From a virus (Duplodnaviria; Caudoviricetes), in the IMG/VR virus record IMGVR_UViG_3300030328_003717, positions 1 to 60,364 of that record: a stretch of 60,364 nucleotides of DNA; one strand, given 5' to 3'. Positions within the stretch are counted from its first letter, which is position 1. Each line of letters starts with the position of its first letter. The notes beneath the pieces were generated by a model. The model had not been told where the DNA came from. It ran no database searches and worked only from the letters and a program-made list of their open reading frames with translations. Shown here in pieces: positions 54,852 through 60,364 of the stretch. A program made the position numbers and the translations under genes.

Positions 54852-55361
54852 ATGCCAAAAGGAACATCAGGAAACATAAAAGGCCGAAACGATAAACACT
54901 TGACCAACAAGCAAATCAAATTTGCGAAAGAGTTTGTTTACAACGACGGATCTAAAACACAAACCGAGTGCGCTATTGCAGCCGGGTATAGCAAAGAAAG
55001 TGCTCATGTCAGAGCATCAGAACTTCTAAACCCACAAAAATATCCTGTTGTAGTTAGGTATATAAGAGAACTCCAAGCTGAAGTAGATCGTAAATACGAA
55101 GTTACATTCGGTAGGCACGTTAGAAAATTAGCAGATATTCGAGATCAGGCCTTAGAAAAAGGTAATTTGACTGCTGCTGTGTCAGCTGAAGTGCAAAGAG
55201 GAAGAGCTGCGGGACTTTATGTTGAGCGTAAGGAGATCCGTACAGGCTCTTTGGATTCTTTATCTGAAACTGAAATCAAGAAAAGAATTAAGGACCTGTT
55301 GTCAGACTACAAGCCTCTCCTGGAAGCAGAAGAGGCTGTGTTTACTGAAGGTTCTGATTAG
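54852..55361 (+). CDS. terS: Terminase small subunit
   Basis: LTNKQIKFAKEFV...TECAIAAGYS...ASELL HTH pattern; A..AE..RG.A.GLY. Confidence 0.8.
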   Translation: MPKGTSGNIKGRNDKHLTNKQIKFAKEFVYNDGSKTQTECAIAAGYSKESAHVRASELLNPQKYPVVVRYIRELQAEVDRKYEVTFGRHVRKLADIRDQALEKGNLTAAVSAEVQRGRAAGLYVERKEIRTGSLDSLSETEIKKRIKDLLSDYKPLLEAEEAVFTEGSD

Positions 55362-55500
55362 TCCTGTTTAATAGTCTTATGGCTCTTTTCGCTAGCTTGT
55401 GTGCTTCTTTCTCAACTTGAGTACAAAGCCTAACTTTTTGTCCATTAGAACTAATTAACAAGTATTCATCAGGTTTCTTTATCAGTCGGTAATCCTGCAT
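55342..55500 (-). CDS. 52-aa hypothetical protein
   Basis: MQDYRLIKKPDEYLLISSNGQK...; continues the - strand run. Confidence 0.4.
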   Translation of the reverse strand: MQDYRLIKKPDEYLLISSNGQKVRLCTQVEKEAHKLAKRAIRLLNRTNQNLQ

Positions 55501-55726
55501 CGTTTTCACCTTGTTTTTCTATATGAAGCCTCAACCTTGCTAAGTACCATTGAGCCTTCTTTAAATCTTCTATACCATTTTTATGCTCATAACGCCATAA
55601 ATATTTGATAATATTTCCTTTTAAATAAGCTCGAAACCCTTCTGATGTCATACTTGATTCGATAGCTATAATGCACTCTACCCCTCCTTGGTTGTAATGA
55701 GGAGGTTTGTTTACCATGTCAGTCAT
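55469..55726 (-). CDS. DUF3310-family protein (T7 gp1.7 nucleotide kinase-like)
   Basis: DMVNKPPHY..GGVECI...GNIIKYLWRY..KNGIEDLKKA.WYL. Confidence 0.85.
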   Translation of the reverse strand: MTDMVNKPPHYNQGGVECIIAIESSMTSEGFRAYLKGNIIKYLWRYEHKNGIEDLKKAQWYLARLRLHIEKQGENDAGLPTDKET

Positions 55727-55727
55727 T

Positions 55728-55934
55728 TTAAGATTCGCCGTAAAATTTTTCTCTTAACCATTCGGGATATTTCCTGTAGTAATCAAATACGTTTTGATAC
55801 TCTCTTTGTCCATGCTCTCTTCTTTCTCGACAATTGCTGTCGTACATTTGCTGAACAAAATAATAAAACTTAGGATCTTTTTGAAGGTCCTCAGTCATTT
55901 CTTCCCATTCGTTTTTTCGCCATATTTTTGTCAT
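55728..55934 (-). CDS. Hypothetical protein
   Basis: Packed in the - strand run. Confidence 0.6.
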   Translation of the reverse strand: MTKIWRKNEWEEMTEDLQKDPKFYYFVQQMYDSNCRERREHGQREYQNVFDYYRKYPEWLREKFYGES

Positions 55935-56040
55935 TTTTTCTTTGGTAGGGTTTGTATAGGCCCGTTTTTAATTCTATTGATTTTTTGTTTAATCCAATCA
56001 AACAAATTAAAAATAGGGTCTAGGATTTTAGTTATTAGTT

Positions 56041-56244
56041 TCATGTTGGTGTTGCGTCTATCCAACCAGGTTCGTTGCAAGTGCCACAACACTCAGGTGT
56101 GCCACAATTTTCGTGTATTTCTCTTTGCTTCCAATACATCTTTCTAATGTATTTGCCTAAAGCAGCATCATTAGGATATTCCACAACCAACTGGTTAAGT
56201 TCTTTTAACCCTAAGAACTGATGTTCTTTGTTTTTAACTTTCAT
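56041..56244 (-). CDS. Small protein with HxxCGTPECCGxC motif
   Basis: YPNDAALGKYIR...HENCGTPECCGTC; start at 56244 avoids a long overlap. Confidence 0.55.
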   Translation of the reverse strand: MKVKNKEHQFLGLKELNQLVVEYPNDAALGKYIRKMYWKQREIHENCGTPECCGTCNEPGWIDATPT

Positions 56245-56533
56245 AATCAAAACCATAAAATTTTCTGGGACCATCTGGCATTTTATCATAATCTTCTTTA
56301 GACATTCTTTTGCCCTCATAAAAATGAATTTTGGTCCACTCACCATTTTCTATAATTCTCTTGGTTGTGTTCCGCACACTTCCGTTAGACTCAAACAACT
56401 CCTCAACAAAGTTTAAAACAATGTCGTTTAATTCTTTCCTGGTCAAAAGTTTTTTGTTTGTAGTGTTGTTGTATTTTTGAGCTAGGTTCAAACGTTGGTC
56501 GTCCGATAGCTTTATTGAAATATTTGTTTTCAT
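56234..56533 (-). CDS. Hypothetical protein
   Basis: Packed in the - strand run. Confidence 0.6.
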   Translation of the reverse strand: MKTNISIKLSDDQRLNLAQKYNNTTNKKLLTRKELNDIVLNFVEELFESNGSVRNTTKRIIENGEWTKIHFYEGKRMSKEDYDKMPDGPRKFYGFDYES

Positions 56534-56534
56534 G

Positions 56535-56741
56535 TTATTTTCCCGTTAGATAAAAACCATAGCCTACGATTGAAACACACAAAAAAGATTGTGCAACGGC
56601 CGTGGTGTAGTTAAGTGAAAAAAGGTTATTAAAAGTTCCCAGTAAATATATAAAATACAAATCCTTCTTGATTGGCAAAGTAGATAAATCTAACCACACC
56701 AAACCAAGAACGATAAGTATTAAACCAAGTAACCTCAACAT
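56535..56741 (-). CDS. Small membrane protein
   Basis: Hydrophobic helices; coupled. Confidence 0.6.
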   Translation of the reverse strand: MLRLLGLILIVLGLVWLDLSTLPIKKDLYFIYLLGTFNNLFSLNYTTAVAQSFLCVSIVGYGFYLTGK

Positions 56742-56962
56742 CAGTTTTGCGCCTTTTTATATATTACTTTTGCTCTGCTGATAAGAATTTGGCTGACCCT
56801 AGCATCTTCGCTAGGATCAATCCAAGTTATCTCGTTTGTTGTTGGGTCTTTTTCAAACAGCACTTTACCTCTGCCCCAACCCAACATAACAGCGCCTTTG
56901 TTTTCGTTGTCTTGTTCGTAGACAACTTCTTGACGAGTGCCTTGTTTGTAATAATTAGTCAT
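56741..56962 (-). CDS. Hypothetical protein
   Basis: TGATG coupling. Confidence 0.6.
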   Translation of the reverse strand: MTNYYKQGTRQEVVYEQDNENKGAVMLGWGRGKVLFEKDPTTNEITWIDPSEDARVSQILISRAKVIYKKAQN

Positions 56963-57291
56963 CAGACATTCCCTCTTATAAAAGCTACAGTTTTATAGTA
57001 AGCGGTCGTAAATATTGCCCTTAAAGTATGGCTATTCTCGTCATAACAAGAATGACAAAGCACATCGTAAGGGTGGCAATTTACATTTTCTTCCCAATCA
57101 TCTCCTTTACAACACACCTCTCCTTCCCAACTTTGTATGATGCCGCACTTATCGCAAGAAGTTAAACCTGTGTTTCCTTCATCAAGCCATTCTTTTTGTT
57201 CTTTGGTTAGTTTGTGATAATAGTTGTCGTATATGTCATTAAAACAAACCTCTTTTTCATAAAATAAATGCTCGTTGTATTTACTCATCAC
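56962..57291 (-). CDS. Zn-finger hypothetical protein
   Basis: CDKC...CHSC; GAGGAGG RBS. Confidence 0.6.
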   Translation of the reverse strand: MMSKYNEHLFYEKEVCFNDIYDNYYHKLTKEQKEWLDEGNTGLTSCDKCGIIQSWEGEVCCKGDDWEENVNCHPYDVLCHSCYDENSHTLRAIFTTAYYKTVAFIRGNV

Positions 57292-57926
57292 ACCACCTCC
57301 TCAAAAACCGCAACTTCTGAGTTCAAAAGCTCGTTGTCGTCTAGGTCTTGTGTTTTTCTTGGCATAACTCCAACAACCCCATTCGGTGTTTGAAAGATAT
57401 TAACTTTCTCTGCACTAGATCGAAGAAGCGTTACTGAGTCGTTTGATCCTTTTAATACAAAGTCCTTTAATAAAGCCAAGTATTTTGGATCAAAACTTAC
57501 ATTTTCTTGATGCTCAACTTCTTGCTTAAATATCTGTCGCCAGTCAGGATACATTCCATCAATAACAGTAACCAATCTTGAATTGAGCGCGTCGTCGTCT
57601 GTAATAGAAACAGCACCAGACCAACCTTCATCGGTCATATTTACTCTTCTTGGTTTCTTTTTAAGATCACCAAAAAAAGAATGTATTCTTGATGAGTTTT
57701 CTTGGTAGATGTCGAGTATCACACCTTCAAAATCTTCGTTTGGTATGGCTTCTTCATCTGTGTAACAACAAAGAATATGGCCGTTGGTGGCTACTATGTA
57801 AACACCTCCCTCTTCTCTGCGTTCAACAAACACGCTTCTTAAATAGAAACGTGAGTCTTTTGGTTTAGCTGCAAAAGCGCAGGCTCTGGCTAACATTTCG
57901 CCGTTTAAGTGTTTTACTTTATTCAT
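57288..57926 (-). CDS. Truncated sliding-clamp (beta-clamp)-like protein
   Basis: RFYLRSV...IVATNGHIL...IDGMYPDWRQIF...FDPKYL...VMP match beta-clamp domains II-III. Confidence 0.7.
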   Translation of the reverse strand: MNKVKHLNGEMLARACAFAAKPKDSRFYLRSVFVERREEGGVYIVATNGHILCCYTDEEAIPNEDFEGVILDIYQENSSRIHSFFGDLKKKPRRVNMTDEGWSGAVSITDDDALNSRLVTVIDGMYPDWRQIFKQEVEHQENVSFDPKYLALLKDFVLKGSNDSVTLLRSSAEKVNIFQTPNGVVGVMPRKTQDLDDNELLNSEVAVFEEVV

Positions 57927-58028
57927 AATTAACTCCCTTAGTTAAGTTTGTTTTTACAAGTAGTGCCAACCGAAGATGACACTACCCGTCGTTTATCCGT
58001 GTAGAAAATTATTTCTCTACACTACTCA

Positions 58029-58056
58029 AGTCTATCAAACCTATCTTATATATCAA
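58029..58056 (-). promoter_or_regulatory. sigma70-type promoter with TATAAGAT box
   Basis: TTGATA-TATAAGATAGGTTTGA-TAGACT; near-copy of the 2040-2068 promoter. Confidence 0.65.
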
Positions 58057-58092
58057 GTTCTTTTTTGTTTATTCTGATACACTCGACTTACT

Positions 58093-58524
58093 GTGGCTAA
58101 AAAAGAATCTTTATTTTGGAAAAAAGTCAAAACGAATTTGAAGTCGTTTCGGCTGATACGCATTGAGTCATGGGTTAATCTAGGTATTCCTGATGTATTG
58201 GGGGTGTCCCCAGCTGGCGTGTACTTTACTGCTGAACTTAAAGTAACCCAAAGTAACAAAGTTTCGCTATCGCCGCACCAGATCGCATATCACGAAGAGA
58301 GAGCAGACGCACCCGCTTTTATCCTGGCCCAGGCCCTCCGCCCTTCTACCCCCAGAAAATTTACGATGCACCTCTATCATGCGTCCCAGGTCGAGTCGTT
58401 GGTCGTCCATGGGCTAAAAACAGAGCCTATATGGACCGGGGACCAAGGTTCTTGGGCCGAGCTCGAAGAAACATGGACCAAAGCCCTTAGAAATCCAATC
58501 AGCCGCTTCTTTATTCTGCCGTAA
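58093..58524 (+). CDS. VRR-NUC/Holliday-junction resolvase-like nuclease
   Basis: ES.FW...RIES...GIPD...ELKV...LSPHQIAYH. Confidence 0.75.
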   Translation: MAKKESLFWKKVKTNLKSFRLIRIESWVNLGIPDVLGVSPAGVYFTAELKVTQSNKVSLSPHQIAYHEERADAPAFILAQALRPSTPRKFTMHLYHASQVESLVVHGLKTEPIWTGDQGSWAELEETWTKALRNPISRFFILP

Positions 58525-58569
58525 CCTGTGGATAACTAACCACAAACTGTTAATAACCTGTGGATAACT
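58522..58569. promoter_or_regulatory. Two perfect DnaA boxes
   Basis: TGTGGATAA at 58527 and 58559 within a 16-bp direct repeat TAACCTGTGGATAACT. Confidence 0.6.
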
Positions 58570-58810
58570 GCTTGCTTGTCTGTTCTGGCAAAAGAGCTGC
58601 CGTCTGGGCCAGCCTGGCAGCAGGATCCGCCGTGCTTGCTTGTCTGTTCTGACAAAAGAGCTGCCGTCCCTGGGCCGCTGCTGGTGCATCTAACGTAGCT
58701 ATTGGTGCTTGCTTGTCTGTTCTGACAAGCGATCGGCAGCCCGCGGTCTGCTAACGCATCTGTGCTTGCTTGTCTGTTCTGACAAGAGATCGGCAGCCCG
58801 TCTGGTGCAG
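58569..58810 (+). repeat. Four tandem TGCTTGCTTGTCTGTTCTGRCAA repeats
   Basis: Starts at 58569, 58633, 58706, 58763; GC-rich, mutually similar linkers. Confidence 0.95.
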
Positions 58811-58829
58811 CGGGTTGTAAAAACAAGTG

Positions 58830-58858
58830 TTGTATATCTATGGGATATTTCGTATAAT
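58830..58858 (+). promoter_or_regulatory. sigma70-type promoter with TATGGGAT box
   Basis: TTGTAT-ATCTATGGGATATTTCG-TATAAT. Confidence 0.7.
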
Positions 58859-58887
58859 GTATATTCTTTAATAAACAGGGAGAAACA

Positions 58888-59274
58888 ATGAAAACTTATA
58901 ACGTAATTATAGACATGACTGAGAGCTTTCTATGTCCAATAGAGGCCGAGTCAGAAGAAAAAGCCTTAGAAAAAGCTGAAGGTGTTAACCCCTCTGAAAA
59001 TAATGTTCCATACTACAGCGAAGCAAACGTGATCGGTGTTCGTGGTGATGATTATATTATTAATCAGTCGCGAAACTATGTGCAAGCTGCAGAAGAAAGA
59101 GGTTATAAAGATACAGATACTTTTGAGTTGTTCAAAAAAGATTTAGACAAAGTGTTAGAAAAACATTATCCAGACACAGACTATCAATGGGATTTTTTAG
59201 ATGAGCATTGGATTGAATTAAAGGTGTGGCTTAGAGAGCCAATAGAGGAGAAAAGCGATGAGCATAACTGTTGA
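58888..59274 (+). CDS. Hypothetical early protein
   Basis: GGGAG RBS; IEAESEEKALEKA motif. Confidence 0.7.
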   Translation: MKTYNVIIDMTESFLCPIEAESEEKALEKAEGVNPSENNVPYYSEANVIGVRGDDYIINQSRNYVQAAEERGYKDTDTFELFKKDLDKVLEKHYPDTDYQWDFLDEHWIELKVWLREPIEEKSDEHNC

Positions 59275-59434
59275 TAAAGATAATGGTGACGTTTTAGTGG
59301 TAGAAACTGTATGTGACTTACTTGAGCTTTTAAGTAGATATGAAATATGGGTTAGGGTAGCGGAAGATACAAGCCTTTTTAAATTTATAGATACAGATAA
59401 AGCATTAAAATTGGAGGTGTCTGATGATGAATAG
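59258..59434 (+). CDS. 58-aa hypothetical protein, paralog of 2-154
   Basis: GAGGAG RBS; MSITVDKDNGDVLVVETVCDLL... Confidence 0.7.
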   Translation: MSITVDKDNGDVLVVETVCDLLELLSRYEIWVRVAEDTSLFKFIDTDKALKLEVSDDE

Positions 59435-59570
59435 ATATTATGTTGAATTTATAAATGACGGCTTCGGTAATGGAAAAAGGGTTTGCATTTATGTATACGC
59501 ACACAGTCCAGAGCAAGTGAAAGAAATGTTCAATGAATATATTTTAATTGCTTGTGATCCAACGGATTAA
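59424..59570 (+). CDS. 48-aa hypothetical protein
   Basis: GGAGG RBS; overlaps the previous stop. Confidence 0.55.
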   Translation: MMNRYYVEFINDGFGNGKRVCIYVYAHSPEQVKEMFNEYILIACDPTD

Positions 59571-59597
59571 TTAAATTAAAAAGACAGGAGTTTAACA

Positions 59598-60296
59598 ATG
59601 AGCTACAAACTACTATCAGTAAACAGCAATCCTAAGATTGATAAGAGCAATGAGATACAAGGTGAGTATTGGTCGTGTATTCTACATATGCGACCTATTA
59701 ATACTAAGATATGTCCGTATCAAAATATTGCAGGTTGTAAGGATGCTTGTTTAAATACAGCAGGATTAGGCGGTGTATATCCTAGTATTCAAAATGCTAG
59801 GCAGAGAAAGACTGATCTATTCTTAAATGATAGGGCTGAGTTTATGTCTCAACTAGTGTTGGATATTATAAAGTTTATCGGTGCTTGTGATCGTAAAGGT
59901 AAGAAGCCTTGTATTAGATTGAATGGCACGAGTGATATACAATGGGAAAAGATTATGGTTGAGTGTGGCCAAAATATATTTGAGATGTTTCCACAGGTGC
60001 AGTTCTATGACTACACTAAGATACCTACAAGAAAAGTAGATCACATATCTAACTATCATTTAACGTGGAGCTATAGTGAAGCTGCAGAAAAGTATGCTAA
60101 GTTGTTTGATAGTGTGCCTTATAATAAAGCTGTGGTGTTCCGTAATAAAGACTTGCCTTCTACCTTCAAAGGTGTTAAGGTTATAGATGGAGACAAGCAC
60201 GATATGAGATTTTTAGATGAGACTAATGTAGTAGTAGGTCTGAAAGCAAAAGGTAAAGCCAAGTTAGATGACTCAGGCTTTGTAATTGATAATTAA
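59598..60296 (+). CDS. GP88-like phage protein with CPx5Cx3C motif
   Basis: CPYQNIAGCKDACL...RLNGTSDI.WE...QFYDYTK...NYHLTWS. Confidence 0.6.
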   Translation: MSYKLLSVNSNPKIDKSNEIQGEYWSCILHMRPINTKICPYQNIAGCKDACLNTAGLGGVYPSIQNARQRKTDLFLNDRAEFMSQLVLDIIKFIGACDRKGKKPCIRLNGTSDIQWEKIMVECGQNIFEMFPQVQFYDYTKIPTRKVDHISNYHLTWSYSEAAEKYAKLFDSVPYNKAVVFRNKDLPSTFKGVKVIDGDKHDMRFLDETNVVVGLKAKGKAKLDDSGFVIDN

Positions 60297-60314
60297 TGTA
60301 GGAGAAAGAGAGTT

Positions 60315-60364
60315 ATGTCACATTGGAGTAAAGATGCTATCGTTGATAGAGTAGAGAGTGAACT
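60315..60364 (+). CDS. 5' part of a hypothetical protein (truncated)
   Basis: Purine-rich RBS region, ATG 60315, open to the window end. Confidence 0.4.
   Translation, partial: MSHWSKDAIVDRVESE

Noticed and set aside
58680-58687. Chi site
   Set aside because: GCTGGTGC is not the E. coli Chi GCTGGTGG, and the host Chi sequence is unknown
58569-58810. CRISPR mini-array
   Set aside because: Linkers are uneven (34-50 bp) and resemble each other, single copies are dispersed elsewhere, and no cas operon is present
1-60364. Alternative genetic code, introns or inteins
   Set aside because: Core genes are full length in the standard code with normal sizes and tight packing

Overview
Near-complete genome (about 60 kb, moderately AT-rich) of a tailed dsDNA phage with a P22/podovirus-like morphogenesis module, similar in gene content to uncultured marine phages. 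The host cannot be determined from sequence alone. Layout: early/accessory small ORFs and non-coding repeats (1-3 kb and 55.3-60.4 kb, probably contiguous across the window ends). The + strand structural block (3.6-40.7 kb) holds TerL, portal, GroES, scaffold, MCP, adaptors, a repeat-rich tail fibre with an S74 chaperone, a membrane/secreted cluster, nozzle and ejection proteins. The - strand replication block (40.7-48.3 kb) holds an exonuclease, an RHH regulator, PolA, a UvrD-like helicase, a primase-like protein and an SSB-like protein. Then come an SNF2 helicase, a 1246-aa orphan, a putative origin and a displaced TerS. No integrase, RNA polymerase, tRNA, CRISPR, reverse transcriptase or recognisable endolysin was seen. 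Most interesting signals: (1) a dispersed GCTTGCTTGTCT repeat family with covarying arms, next to paired DnaA boxes; (2) a TATRRGAY box in about 8 promoter regions, with a candidate RHH regulator; (3) a three-gene exported-protein cassette (Thr/Asn polymer, NIDO-like/acidic, TM coiled-coil) in an endolysin-less lysis region; (4) a recurring [MY][QEK]xGG peptide tag in several unrelated virion proteins; (5) several structured RNA leaders with kissing-loop or pseudoknot potential. All family calls come from motifs recognised by eye, not from database searches.
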